A stretch of DNA of 64,000 bases from Archaeoglobus sp. (GTDB taxonomy: Archaea; Halobacteriota; Archaeoglobi; Archaeoglobales; Archaeoglobaceae). The position numbers and the translations under genes are program-made. The stretch is from contig JACDNU010000005.1 in assembly GCA_017656505.1 (NCBI GenBank), positions 14,739 to 78,738 of the forward strand, given 5' to 3'. The notes beneath the pieces were generated by a model, which did not search any database, was not told where the DNA came from, and saw only the letters and a list, made by a program, of their open reading frames with translations. Every line of letters starts with the position of its first letter. Position 1 is the first letter of the stretch. Of the stretch, positions 40,413 through 51,392 are shown piece after piece.

Positions 40413-40860
40413 TTAAAAGGATTGGGATTCATTTGCAAGTTTTTCAAATATCACTTATTGCAGTCTATTCAATATTTAAATTTAAACAGAAATCCTCAGA
40501 GTGTAGGCTCTCTCCACCTCTCCGAACTTCTTCTTATTTACGGGATGTATGTTAATCCTGTTATCATCCGTAAGACTCTTGACGAGCGAGGAATACCATT
40601 CACCTCCAAAAACTCCTTTGTATCATTTTTTATGATTTAACTTTTTTGAGAAGTTTACGACTCCCCTTATGATTTTCCCCTCTAACGGGGAAACTTTTCC
40701 TAAAAACTTTCTTCATTAGAAAGAAATCCAAAGATGAGATAACCAAGAACTCGATGGAATTGAGTTTGTGCAAGCAGCCAATGTAACAAAAACCAACAAA
40801 AACCAAAAATAAAAAGAGGTTTTTTAAATCCTGCCAAATTTTAATTTTTGAGTGATGTTC

Positions 40861-42123
40861 ATGTCTGAATTCAGATCGATTGAATCATCCGATGTAGAAT
40901 CTGTGGAGTCGGGATACAGGAAAATAGAATGGGCAGAGAGGCACATGAAAGTTCTCGCTAAAATTAGAGAGGAATTCGCCAAGGAAAAACCCTTAGAGGG
41001 ATTTAAAATCGGAATGGCTTTGCATGTGGAAGCGAAGACTGCTGTGCTGGTTAAAACCCTCATTGAAGGAGGAGCGGATGTGGCGATAACGGGCTGCAAC
41101 CCCCTCAGCTCCCAGGATGATGTATCCAACGCTTTGAGGGATATGGGAATCAAATGCTTTTCAAGGAGGGGGATGAGCGAGGAAGAATACTATTCTGCCC
41201 TCAACCGAGTTTTGGATACTAAACCAGATGTTGTTATAGATGATGGAGCCGATTTGATCTTTCTTCTTCACGGAGAGAGGTATGAAGTCGCGGACAAAAT
41301 ACTTGGGGCGAGCGAAGAAACGACAACTGGGATAATAAGACTGAGGGCAATGGAAAGGGAAGGCGTTCTGAAATTCCCGGTAATCGATGTAAACGATGCT
41401 TTGACAAAGTTCCTTTTTGACAACAGATACGGCACCGGACAATCCACCTGGGATGGAGTTCTTAGGGCAACGAACCTCCTAATTGCCGGGAAGAAGGTTG
41501 TTGTCGCTGGTTATGGCTGGTGTGGGAGAGGTATAGCGATGAGAGCCCGTGGCTTAGGAGCGAAGGTTATCATAACGGAGGTCGATGAGATCAGAGCGTT
41601 GGAAGCGATTATGGATGGGTACGAAGTGATGCCCATGCTTGAGGCTGCAAAAGTGGGAGACATCTTCATAACAGCTACCGGAGATAAGGACGTAATAAGG
41701 GCAGAACACTTCAAGCTGATGAAGGATGGAGCGATTCTCGCGAATTCCGGCCATTTCAACGTGGAGATAAACATCCCCGAGCTTGAAAGCCTCAGCAAAT
41801 CAAGCAGAAAAGCGAGAGAAGGCGTGACAGAATACGATCTCGGCGACAAGAAACTTTACCTTCTCGCTGAAGGGAGGTTGGTTAACTTGGTAGCGGGAGA
41901 CGGACATCCGGTTGAAGTTATGGACATGAGTTTCTCCGATCAGGCTTTATCTGCTCGCTACATAATCGAGAACCATGAAAAGCTTGAAAATAAAGTTTAC
42001 AGATTGCCTGAGGAGCTTGACAGGAAGGTTGCAAGGCTGAAACTTCAAACGCTGGGTGTAAAGATAGATTCGCTCACGGAGGAGCAGAAGAGGTATCTTT
42101 CCGATTGGAGGGAAGGAACTTAG
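40861..42123 (+). CDS. ahcY: Adenosylhomocysteinase
   Basis: [51 protein letters not shown]. Confidence 0.97.
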   Translation: MSEFRSIESSDVESVESGYRKIEWAERHMKVLAKIREEFAKEKPLEGFKIGMALHVEAKTAVLVKTLIEGGADVAITGCNPLSSQDDVSNALRDMGIKCFSRRGMSEEEYYSALNRVLDTKPDVVIDDGADLIFLLHGERYEVADKILGASEETTTGIIRLRAMEREGVLKFPVIDVNDALTKFLFDNRYGTGQSTWDGVLRATNLLIAGKKVVVAGYGWCGRGIAMRARGLGAKVIITEVDEIRALEAIMDGYEVMPMLEAAKVGDIFITATGDKDVIRAEHFKLMKDGAILANSGHFNVEINIPELESLSKSSRKAREGVTEYDLGDKKLYLLAEGRLVNLVAGDGHPVEVMDMSFSDQALSARYIIENHEKLENKVYRLPEELDRKVARLKLQTLGVKIDSLTEEQKRYLSDWREGT

Positions 42124-42224
42124 GGAATCTGGTAGGAACTTAGTTTTCGGTTATTCAACCTTAATTTTCACTTTGGGGGCTATAGCTTTAATAAGTTCTA
42201 AAAAAACTTAAGACTTACAATCCA

Positions 42225-43913
42225 TCATTTCGACTCCTTCAACAAACACCTCAAACTCCTCATTCTATTTATAGCGGCTGCAAGCTCCAAAGCTCTAAAT
42301 TCTGCGAATTCCGTAAGTGGAGCGAGAATGTCCAGTCCTTTCTTCCGAATTTCTCCCATTACAGCATCAACAACCTCTTTCAAGGTTCTTTCCCCGTCCA
42401 TGTACTTCATCGCTTTTTTAATCGCGTAAGCAATCGCTCTTGTTTGCTGCACCTCAAAAATCTGCTCAACGAAGCTAAGATCGATGAGTTCTCTGCCAAA
42501 AAGTATCGTTCTCTTGCCTTTAACGGAAATCTTTATTCTATCTCCCCTTGATTTGATCTCTAACAAAGGAATCCTTGGCTTTAACTCCTTGAAATCCTCA
42601 GGAACCTCCTTTTTCCTCAATTTAGATTTTTCCGCTATGAGTTTGGCTTTATCCGTGAAATCGTGTGGTTTGTAATTTATCATGCAGATCACAGCATCGG
42701 CAACATCGAAGTAGTCTCCACTTCCTCCCATGACTATTACGGTCGAAACTCCCCGCTCGTAAAGCTGTCTCACCCTATCGATGAAAGGAGTAATCGGCTC
42801 GATCTCTTTCGGAACGAGTTCCTGCATTCTAAAGTCTCTTATCATGAAATTTGTAGCTGAAGTATCTTCATCGATCAACAAAACCTCAGCACCCGCCTCT
42901 ATAGCCTCGATGATGTTTGCAGCCTGAGAAGTGCTGCCGCTCGCGTTCTCGGTGGAAAAAGTTCTCGTATCCTGGCCGAAGGGAAGATCGCTTATGAAAG
43001 CAGAAATATCCACTTTCTCAATCCTTCTACCATCTTCAGCCCTTATCTTCACCGCCGCTGGATTGGTAACGACGAATTCTCTCCCATCCCCCGGAATGTG
43101 ATTGTAGATTCCCGCCTCCAAAGCCTTGAGCAGCGTAGACTTGCCGTGGTAGCCCCCTCCAACGATGAGCGTTACCCCCTTTCTTATCCCCATTCCAGCA
43201 ATCTCCCCTCTGTTTGGCAGCTCAACGGAAACTCTCAGCGAGGGGGGAGATTCGAAGGGAATAGCATTTTCCAAAGGTCTCTCATCTATCCCGCTTTTTC
43301 TGGGCAAAATCGAACCGTCTGCAACGAATGCTATCAGGTTTAAGGATGGAAGCAAACTCCGAAGAAAATCCGCATCCTCAGCAGTTTTAATATGCTCGTA
43401 GACCTTCTCACGATCTAAATTCTTAAACCTTAAAGCCGCAGCAATCTTAGGAATTCTTTCCGTAAAAATTCTTTCAGCCTCTGCAGCAAGAATTCTCCTG
43501 CCCTGAGCGGGCAGGCCAACTCTAAATCTAACTTCAATCCATTTCTCGTTTGCAAAGGCGGAATTCCTCTCCAGAATTTTCTGGCTTGGTTTTTCCACCC
43601 TCATCAGTCCGCTGTAACCGCTGCCAGCTTTTCTGCTGTGCTTTCTTGCCTCCTCATAAAGAACTCGCGTTAGAAAATCCCTTAGAGCAACCTCTCTGCT
43701 TCTGGAGCTGAAAGTTTCAGCCGGAAATCTCGCAACTTTCTGCGGGATCCTGATTCTTATATTGCTGGGGCTTGCGAAGGGATCTCCCTGCACGCGATCG
43801 ATGAAGAGTGTGAAGTTGGGAAATTCGTAGCTACCCTTCAAAATCTGATAGCTCTTGTATCCCTTTCCATTTATTTTCCTCAGCTTTCTCAACAGCTCAT
43901 CCAATCCTAACAC
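42225..43913 (-). CDS. ABC-class ATPase domain protein (MRB1590-like)
   Basis: VQGDPFASPS, GGGYHGKST, ASGSTSQAANI, LIDEDTSATNFM. Confidence 0.88.
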   Translation of the reverse strand: MLGLDELLRKLRKINGKGYKSYQILKGSYEFPNFTLFIDRVQGDPFASPSNIRIRIPQKVARFPAETFSSRSREVALRDFLTRVLYEEARKHSRKAGSGYSGLMRVEKPSQKILERNSAFANEKWIEVRFRVGLPAQGRRILAAEAERIFTERIPKIAAALRFKNLDREKVYEHIKTAEDADFLRSLLPSLNLIAFVADGSILPRKSGIDERPLENAIPFESPPSLRVSVELPNRGEIAGMGIRKGVTLIVGGGYHGKSTLLKALEAGIYNHIPGDGREFVVTNPAAVKIRAEDGRRIEKVDISAFISDLPFGQDTRTFSTENASGSTSQAANIIEAIEAGAEVLLIDEDTSATNFMIRDFRMQELVPKEIEPITPFIDRVRQLYERGVSTVIVMGGSGDYFDVADAVICMINYKPHDFTDKAKLIAEKSKLRKKEVPEDFKELKPRIPLLEIKSRGDRIKISVKGKRTILFGRELIDLSFVEQIFEVQQTRAIAYAIKKAMKYMDGERTLKEVVDAVMGEIRKKGLDILAPLTEFAEFRALELAAAINRMRSLRCLLKESK

Positions 43914-44002
43914 CTCTGGTTTCTTAGGTTAAATCTCAGATGTCTCGGCTATCTCAGCTTACCATAAGAAAAACTTTTTTACACCCCAGCCTACTTTGCG
44001 GT

Positions 44003-45436
44003 ATGCAAATTCTGGAAAGCGATGTTGTAATAGGTTTGGAAGTTCACGTTCAGCTTAATCGATTGAAAACCAAGCTTTTCTGTTCATGTTCAACAGCCTA
44101 TCATGAAAGCGAACCTAATACGCATGTGTGTCCTGTCTGCCTCGGCATGCCGGGAGCAATGCCTGTAATAAACAAGGAGGCTGTAAAAGCGGCGATAAAG
44201 GTTGCTCTCGCTTTAAACGCTGAGGTTCAACCCTTCACAGTTTTCGACAGAAAAAATTACTTCTATCCGGACTTGCCGAAAGGCTTCCAGATAAGTCAGT
44301 ACGATCGCCCCCTGGCGTGGGGAGGCCATCTAACAATTGAAACGGAGCAGGGTGAAAAGAAAATAACCCTCAAACGAATTCACATGGAAGAAGATCCGGG
44401 GAAGTTAACCTATAAAGGCTCCATAACCACCGCCAGCTATTCCTTAATCGATTACAACCGCTCGGGAGTACCGTTACTAGAGGTCGTAACGGAGCCGGTA
44501 ATGGAGTCGCCAAAGGAGGCAAGGGAGTTCCTCAACAAACTCAGGATAGTTCTGGAGTATTTGGATGTATTCGACGGCTCGCTTGAAGGAGCCATGCGAG
44601 TTGATGCAAACATCTCTCTCAGGGGAGGGGGCAGGGTAGAGATAAAGAACATATCGAGCTTTAAAGGAGTGGAGAGGGCTTTAACTTACGAGATAACTCG
44701 GCAGAAGAATTTGTTGAGGAGAGGGAGAGAGGTAGTAAGGGAAACCAGGCACTTCGACGAGATAAATAACATTACAGTCTCTCTAAGAACGAAAGAGGAG
44801 GAGCAGGACTATCGCTATTTCCCGGAGCCAGACCTCGTTCCGATCTATACTGAAGAGCTAATTGAAGCTGCTAAGGCGGAGATTCCCGAGATGCCGGAGC
44901 AGAAGAGGGAGCGCTTTATCTCGCAATATGGATTGAACCTCGTGATGGCAAAGATGCTCGTTCTCGATCCTAAAATGGCCGACTACTTCGAAGAGGTTGC
45001 GAAAAGCATTGATGCTAAAAGAGCTGCCAGCTGGGTTGTTGATGTTTTAAGGGGAGAGCTCAACTACAGAAGCAAGGATTTCCGTTTTGCATTTGAAAGG
45101 TTCCCGCCCCCCGATTTCTCAAAGCTTCTCAGTTATTTTGAGGAGGAAAAGATAACTGAGAAGGGTGTCGTTGAGGTTATAAGGACGAAGCTCGATGAAG
45201 GAGGGGAAATAGACGAAATAATCGAAAGAAAGGGATTGTTCGCCATTAAAGAGGAAGACAAAATAAGGGAGATTTGCAGGGAAGTAATCGAGAAAAATCC
45301 GAAGGCGGTGCAGGATTACTTCAATGGCAAAAAGCAGGCGATTAACTTCTTGGTTGGGCAAGTAATGAAAGCAACTCGCGGTAGAGCGGATCCGGCTGAG
45401 TGTCTCGAGATAATCAAAGAGCTGTTAGAGGAGTAA
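44003..45436 (+). CDS. gatB: Asp/Glu-tRNA amidotransferase subunit B
   Basis: [44 protein letters not shown]. Confidence 0.97.
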   Translation: MQILESDVVIGLEVHVQLNRLKTKLFCSCSTAYHESEPNTHVCPVCLGMPGAMPVINKEAVKAAIKVALALNAEVQPFTVFDRKNYFYPDLPKGFQISQYDRPLAWGGHLTIETEQGEKKITLKRIHMEEDPGKLTYKGSITTASYSLIDYNRSGVPLLEVVTEPVMESPKEAREFLNKLRIVLEYLDVFDGSLEGAMRVDANISLRGGGRVEIKNISSFKGVERALTYEITRQKNLLRRGREVVRETRHFDEINNITVSLRTKEEEQDYRYFPEPDLVPIYTEELIEAAKAEIPEMPEQKRERFISQYGLNLVMAKMLVLDPKMADYFEEVAKSIDAKRAASWVVDVLRGELNYRSKDFRFAFERFPPPDFSKLLSYFEEEKITEKGVVEVIRTKLDEGGEIDEIIERKGLFAIKEEDKIREICREVIEKNPKAVQDYFNGKKQAINFLVGQVMKATRGRADPAECLEIIKELLEE

Positions 45437-45460
45437 GGAAGCGGGATTGGGAAAGATAAC

Positions 45461-47527
45461 ATGGCAAAGGGATGGCTAATCATTACCGAGAAAGAGAATA
45501 CGGCCCGAAGAATAAGCTCCATTCTCTTTCAAAACGTGAAAAGAACGAGAAAGCTGGGGATTAACGTTTACCAATCAAATAACACTTACGTTCTGGGCTT
45601 GAAGGGCCATATAATCCAGCTTGACTTTCCTTCCGAATACAATAACTGGGGCAAAATACCGTTAAATTCCCTTCTAAGGGCTGAAATCGTTAAAAAAATC
45701 ACCCAGAAAAACCTTGCAAAGATTCTCTCTGATTTAGCGAAGAAGATAGACCGCGTTACAATAGCAACCGACTACGATCGGGAAGGAGAGCTGATTGGAG
45801 TCGAAGCTTTGGGGATAATTAGGAAGGCAAACCCGAACGTTGAGGTTGACAGAGCGAAGTATTCTGCCATAACTCCTGCAGATATAAAGCAAGCATTCTC
45901 AAAGCTAACGAAAGTTGACTTCAATCTCGCGAAATCGGCTGAGACGAGACAGAAAATAGATCTAATATGGGGAGCAGTCCTGACACGATTGCTTTCAGTA
46001 TCTTCCGGCAGGCTTGGAAAGGATTTCCTGAGCGTTGGCAGAGTTCAATCGCCCACTCTTCGCCTGATCGTGGAGAGAGAAGAGGAAATAAAGAATTTCA
46101 AACCAAAGAAATACTGGGAAATCTTCGCTGACTTCAGGAAAAATTCCGATATTTTCACCTGCAAACATGTTAAACGATTCGACGATAAAAAAGAGGCTGA
46201 AAAAGCATTCAAGAAGATCAGCAGCCAAGCTGAAGTCCTTAAATTCGAGAAAAAGGTGAAAAATGAGAGACCGCCAATACCCTTCAACACCACTGAATTT
46301 CTGAGGGAAGCGTCGCGCTTCATGAGCCCGAACAAAGCCATGAGCATCGCCGAATCTCTTTACATGGCCGGTTACATCTCCTATCCGAGAACAGACAATA
46401 CCGTTTATCCGAAAACGATCAATCTTAAGGCAATTGCAAGGAAATTCGTTGAGAGCGAATTCAAGAAAGAGGCAAATCTCGTTTTGTCGCAGCCAAAGCT
46501 AAGGGCAACAAGGGGGAAAAGGGAAACGAAAGATCATCCACCAATCTATCCAACTTCCGTTGCCTCAAAAGAAGATTTGAAAAAGGATGAATGGCGAATC
46601 TACGAGCTCATCGTTAGGAGATTTCTCGCAACGCTTTCGCCAGATGCAGTATGGGAACACAAAAGCGGTTTGCTGGAGTCGAATGGAGAGAGATTTGCTT
46701 TTAACGTGAAGAAAATCTTGGATCCGGGGTGGAGGGAGGTTTATCCCTACTACAGAGCTGAGGAAGGCTACGTTCCGGATCTCAGAATGGGAGAAATAAT
46801 TGAAATCGTCGATAAAAGGCTGGAGGAGAAGGAAACGAAGCCACCACCCCGGTATTCAACTGGAAACCTAATCCAGCTGATGGAGAAGCTTGGTTTGGGA
46901 ACAAAGTCAACCAGGCACGAGATTCTGAACAAGCTTTACTCGAGGCGCTACGTCTTCGGAAATCCCCTTCGCCCTTCAGAAGTCGCCTTTGCGGTAATCG
47001 ATGCCCTGAAGAAGAATGCTGAGCTAATAACCCTTCCTGAGATGACGGCAAAGCTGGAAAGGGAGATGGATGAGATAGCTGAGGGAAAGTTGGACGATAC
47101 AAAGGTAGTTGAGGAATCCATAGTTTTCCTCGAACAAATCCTGTCCGAAATTGATCTGGCCGAGCTTTCCAGAAACCTGAAAGAAGGGGTAAGAAAGGAT
47201 AAGGTAGTAGGAAAATGTCCCGAATGCGGGAAAGATCTCGTAATTCGAAAGTCTAAGGATTCGAAAAGATTCGTTGGATGCACAGGATTCCCAAAATGCA
47301 GATTCACCCTTCCTCTGCCCCAGAATGGGAGCATTTATCTCACCTCGAAGGAATGTGAGAAGCATGGGATTAAGAAAATAAAGATAAGAACGAAAAAGGG
47401 GTACTGGGATCTGGGCTGCGTTTACTGTAACTATCTTGAGTGGCGGGAAAGTAGAGGCAAGGAAGAAGCTAAGAAAGTTGAAAAGGCTAAAGAAAAGCTA
47501 AGAAAGCCGAGAAAGCTAACAAGATAA
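45461..47527 (+). CDS. topA: DNA topoisomerase I (type IA)
   Basis: IITEK, ATDYDREGE, SVGRVQSPTL, ISYPRTD, C-terminal Zn ribbons. Confidence 0.96.
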   Translation: MAKGWLIITEKENTARRISSILFQNVKRTRKLGINVYQSNNTYVLGLKGHIIQLDFPSEYNNWGKIPLNSLLRAEIVKKITQKNLAKILSDLAKKIDRVTIATDYDREGELIGVEALGIIRKANPNVEVDRAKYSAITPADIKQAFSKLTKVDFNLAKSAETRQKIDLIWGAVLTRLLSVSSGRLGKDFLSVGRVQSPTLRLIVEREEEIKNFKPKKYWEIFADFRKNSDIFTCKHVKRFDDKKEAEKAFKKISSQAEVLKFEKKVKNERPPIPFNTTEFLREASRFMSPNKAMSIAESLYMAGYISYPRTDNTVYPKTINLKAIARKFVESEFKKEANLVLSQPKLRATRGKRETKDHPPIYPTSVASKEDLKKDEWRIYELIVRRFLATLSPDAVWEHKSGLLESNGERFAFNVKKILDPGWREVYPYYRAEEGYVPDLRMGEIIEIVDKRLEEKETKPPPRYSTGNLIQLMEKLGLGTKSTRHEILNKLYSRRYVFGNPLRPSEVAFAVIDALKKNAELITLPEMTAKLEREMDEIAEGKLDDTKVVEESIVFLEQILSEIDLAELSRNLKEGVRKDKVVGKCPECGKDLVIRKSKDSKRFVGCTGFPKCRFTLPLPQNGSIYLTSKECEKHGIKKIKIRTKKGYWDLGCVYCNYLEWRESRGKEEAKKVEKAKEKLRKPRKLTR

Positions 47528-47537
47528 AGACCACAAA

Positions 47538-48680
47538 TTAAAGGTTAATCCTGCATATCAGGTGGCCCATCTTCTCTTTCTTCGTCTTCAGATATTCGAG
47601 GTTCTCCGATGAGGGCTCAACTTCGATCTCCATTCTTTTAACAGCGAAATCGTATTTTTTCAGTTCTTCGATTTTAAGGGGGTTGTTCGTCATCAGAATT
47701 ATGTTCTTTATGCCTAAATCCATGAGAATCTGTGCTGCAATGCCGTAACTCCTCAAATCGGGCGGGAAACCGAGTTCGATGTTTGCCTCAACCGTATCTT
47801 TACCTTCTTCCTGCAATCTATAGGCCATGAGTTTGTTGATAAGACCAATGCCTCTCCCCTCATGTCCCCGCATGTAAATCAAAACGCCCTTTCCTTCCTT
47901 ATCGATTATCTTAAGGGCGTTTTCAAGCTGATCTCCGCAATCACATCGCAAAGAATGGAAGACATCACCAGTTAAACACTCTGAATGAATCCTTACTAGG
48001 CACTCTCCCTCTGAAACCCTGCCTTTAACAAGGGCGATTATCTCACCGATCGGAGTTTTGTAACCAACAGCTTTAAAAGTCCCGTAGAACTTTGTTGGGA
48101 GAGTCGCCTCCACCGCCCTCTCAATGAGCTTCTCGTTTTTCAGGCGGTAAAATATGAGATCCTTGATTTTTATTAGAGGAAGCCCCTTTTCTCCAGCAAA
48201 TTTAATCGCATAGTCGATATCGGCTATTTCTCCGCTTGGAGTGATAAGGTTGGAGTAAACGCTTGCAGCCAAAAAACCAGTCATTCTCGCCAAATCTAAG
48301 GCAGCCTCTCCAAATCCTGGCCTCTCGAGAACTCCCCCCTCCTTTGCCTCTTCAACGAAGATTCTTCCCGGATATACTATTTCATCGACAGAAATTCTCC
48401 CTTTCACGAGGTTTCTCACGAACCAAGCCTTCTCCTCCGCCGACACGCCATTTGTTTTGAAGTCAACTGGGATTGAGTTCTCGCCATAGAAGCGAAATCT
48501 GTTCAAACCTAGCTTGGAAATCAGCTTCCATGGGATTGCGAGCCTGATCTCATCGCAGTTTTTCATCATAAAAGCGATCTCATTTCCGCTAACAATTTCA
48601 GCCGGAAACGAGAGAACAGCTTTTTGATCATCAAGGATAACACAAATTTTGCTTGGAGGAATCTTGAGGTTGGGCATCAT
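47538..48680 (-). CDS. ribA: GTP cyclohydrolase II with degenerate N-terminal DHBP-synthase domain
   Basis: VRIHSECLTGDVFHSLRCDCG, HEGRGIGL, MTNNP; N-terminal GGVLERPG relic of RibB. Confidence 0.9.
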   Translation of the reverse strand: MMPNLKIPPSKICVILDDQKAVLSFPAEIVSGNEIAFMMKNCDEIRLAIPWKLISKLGLNRFRFYGENSIPVDFKTNGVSAEEKAWFVRNLVKGRISVDEIVYPGRIFVEEAKEGGVLERPGFGEAALDLARMTGFLAASVYSNLITPSGEIADIDYAIKFAGEKGLPLIKIKDLIFYRLKNEKLIERAVEATLPTKFYGTFKAVGYKTPIGEIIALVKGRVSEGECLVRIHSECLTGDVFHSLRCDCGDQLENALKIIDKEGKGVLIYMRGHEGRGIGLINKLMAYRLQEEGKDTVEANIELGFPPDLRSYGIAAQILMDLGIKNIILMTNNPLKIEELKKYDFAVKRMEIEVEPSSENLEYLKTKKEKMGHLICRINL

Positions 48681-48743
48681 AGAACTGGTTTTGAAGGAGA
48701 TGTATTTATAATTTTTGAGAAGATTCTCAATAATGTTAATTCA

Positions 48744-48935
48744 TTATAGATTTCTTTCGTCTCTGCTCTTATCCATTTTCTCCGCCTCTATCAGCTCTTT
48801 CAACTCCCCCTCATCCACCTCAAGAATGTAGGATCCAACGTATCCGCATTTCTTGCAGTGATACTTTCCTGTGTATCCTCCTGCATCCAATTCTATTTCC
48901 GTTGACTTGCAAACCGGACAGACGAGAATTCTCAT
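48744..48935 (-). CDS. Small Zn-ribbon protein
   Basis: CPVCKS...GGYTGKYHCKKCGY. Confidence 0.8.
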   Translation of the reverse strand: MRILVCPVCKSTEIELDAGGYTGKYHCKKCGYVGSYILEVDEGELKELIEAEKMDKSRDERNL

Positions 48936-49403
48936 CTTTGAAGATTGGGCTGAGAAAAGATAAAGTTAGTGGTTCTCAAAGGCTAAGAGGTTTGAATTAA
49001 TGTTTGAAAAAGTGTTTTGAAAGTTTGAATTAAAATAATTAAAAGGATGTGGAGGTGGGATGGGAAGGCGAGAAGGATGCGATCTCAACTATTTTTTCTT
49101 TTTTAAGTATATAAAATCTGCCCTTATGAGATTTTGCCCGTCTCATCATCATACGATTTCCAAAATGATTATAGTCGCTTGTGAAGAACTTTTTGGAGAT
49201 GAAAGTTGTCTATGTTTCGGTTCCGCTTTATTCCGACAAACTTCAGGAACTTAAACTCAAATCGGGAAAAAAGAAAACCAAGGAAGCCCTAGCGATCGCA
49301 GTTTTGCATTACCTTTCGTGCAATCAAGAAACCGAATAGAGCGGAGTAATTTAATTAGACAGGAGCTAGAATCTGAACCGGAATACTACAATTAAAACGA
49401 AAA

Positions 49404-51392
49404 TTAAAACACTATTATTTTAGTAAAGAAGATGTAACCGAGCAGCACGAAAACGATCACATGCTTCAAACCTGATTCGATTTTACCCTCCCCCATCACG
49501 CCAGCTGTCAGTCCTGAGAAAAATCCTACCATCAGGGTGGTTTGGTAGAAGGTATCCCTTAGCGTAGTAAAATCAACCCCGGCAATAATTCCAGGCGGTA
49601 GATTCTCGATGCTGTGGAAGATCGAGATTATGTTGTTGAGCAGCACATAGGTTGTGTAGAGAAAGACGAAGAACGCAATGTAGATTATAATCGTATACAT
49701 GCTCATCTGCCCCCTAATTCTGTCTTTAGCCTCAATTTCCATCTCAGAGTAGATGGAAGCAGTGTATAAGGCATCCCTTATACTCGGAGTAGATTCGATT
49801 GCCTTCACGACTAAAGATACCACTCTTGACACAACGCCACTCCTCACTCTCGTTTCGAGCTTCCTTAGAGCCTCTGTAACGAGTTCCCCCCATTCAACGT
49901 CCCTCTTAACTTTTGTGATCTCTTTGTTAAGCGTTCCGATCTCCATCGTTGTAACGTACCTCAAAGCCTCGACAACGTTCAAGCCAGCCTCATTCAATCC
50001 GGCAAGCTGTCTCAGAAAGTCGGGGATCTGGTTCTCAACGCTCCTTATCACTCTCTCCCTGTACTCGACGAAGAATATCAACGGCAGGAAGAGGGCTATT
50101 ATCGTCCCGATTAGCACCGATTCCAAATCGATCCTGCCATAGCTGAGGGTAAAGAAAACGAGGGGTGGAATCACTAGGTAGAGGGACACCGCCCTTATGG
50201 TTAAAGAATACACGACTTCTCTAAAGGGAAGGAGAAGGAAACTCTTAAATCTGTTCAGAGCCCGTCTGTACTTTTTAACCTTGAACTCTCCTCCTTCTGC
50301 TCCATTAACTCTAACTCCAAGATCTTCGATAACTCTTTCCTCCCTAACAAACGATGCCTTTGGTTCTTTGGGCATCATGCTGAGAACCATATATATGATC
50401 ATGATCGAGCCAACTGGCAGAAGTGTGAAAAGAGCAATCTTAAAGCCTGTTAGCACGCCGCCCTGCAAAATTTGAAAGACAACGAGAACGGTGAGGAAGA
50501 ATAGAGGAGTGACTATGAACATCGCAAGATAGATCTCGGCGATAAGCTGGAGGGTCTCAAAGAATAGGCTGTGATATTTCTCTCTCTCCTCGAGAAGCTG
50601 TTCGGATTTGAGTTTGAGGTATTCTACAACATCTCCTCCACTTTCAACGACGTTCAAGAAGTTATCGAGGAAGTTGTAGAATCTGTCTGAGGGTGTGGTC
50701 TGCTGCACGTATCTCATTGCAGTCGCCATATCCTCGCCAAAGATCTCCATAAGCTCGACAATTTTCCCGAACTCCTTGCTCATTTCATCGAATATGTGTC
50801 TGTTCTCCGCTATGAACTTGAATGCTGCAGAGAGTTGCACGCCCCCTCTAGCCATTCCGAGCAACATGTTTACAGTATGCGGTAAGGCACTCTCGATCTT
50901 TCCTTTCCTCAAATTCGACATGTAGTAGGGGTAGGAGAGTATCGAATTCCTTATGAAGAAGTAAGCAAAGAGGGAGAATAGGACAATTGATAGAGCAAGA
51001 TAGAATTCCGGATATTGGGAAAAGGGGTAGTAGATTCTTATTGGGATGCCAAAGTAATCGAAAGCTTCTATGGGTAGAATAACTCTGCCGAACAAGTACC
51101 CGAGCATGGCTCCAGGGATTATAGAGAGTAAGGCATAAAACTGGGCGATCGCCATGAATCGTGGAACCGAAACTGGAATTCTGGATTTCTCTATGGCCTT
51201 CTCAATCCCGCTGTACCTTCCGGGATTTCTGTCGTACCTCTTTCTGTAGAATCTAATGAACACTTTGGGAACGAATAGTCTGATTTTTTCCTGAGTTAAT
51301 TGGTTTACTCTCTCTTCCCTTAATTTAAGCCCCCTTTCAACCTCCCTCTTTATCCTCTCTCCCCTTTTCTCTCTCCTGAACCTCATGCTCAA
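49404..51392 (-). CDS. Type IV pilus / T2SS platform protein (PilC/TadC-like, two T2SSF domains)
   Basis: IESALPH and IPDFLRQLAGLNEAG domains, multiple TM helices, GVMGEGK. Confidence 0.9.
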   Translation of the reverse strand: MSMRFRREKRGERIKREVERGLKLREERVNQLTQEKIRLFVPKVFIRFYRKRYDRNPGRYSGIEKAIEKSRIPVSVPRFMAIAQFYALLSIIPGAMLGYLFGRVILPIEAFDYFGIPIRIYYPFSQYPEFYLALSIVLFSLFAYFFIRNSILSYPYYMSNLRKGKIESALPHTVNMLLGMARGGVQLSAAFKFIAENRHIFDEMSKEFGKIVELMEIFGEDMATAMRYVQQTTPSDRFYNFLDNFLNVVESGGDVVEYLKLKSEQLLEEREKYHSLFFETLQLIAEIYLAMFIVTPLFFLTVLVVFQILQGGVLTGFKIALFTLLPVGSIMIIYMVLSMMPKEPKASFVREERVIEDLGVRVNGAEGGEFKVKKYRRALNRFKSFLLLPFREVVYSLTIRAVSLYLVIPPLVFFTLSYGRIDLESVLIGTIIALFLPLIFFVEYRERVIRSVENQIPDFLRQLAGLNEAGLNVVEALRYVTTMEIGTLNKEITKVKRDVEWGELVTEALRKLETRVRSGVVSRVVSLVVKAIESTPSIRDALYTASIYSEMEIEAKDRIRGQMSMYTIIIYIAFFVFLYTTYVLLNNIISIFHSIENLPPGIIAGVDFTTLRDTFYQTTLMVGFFSGLTAGVMGEGKIESGLKHVIVFVLLGYIFFTKIIVF

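Noticed and set aside
40422..40800. Gene remnant right of the element
   Set aside because: Only short open frames with no identifiable homology by eye.
48936..49403. Possible ncRNA or small gene in a 470-bp intergenic gap
   Set aside because: No recognisable RNA family structure, and the 64-aa ORF has no supporting features.
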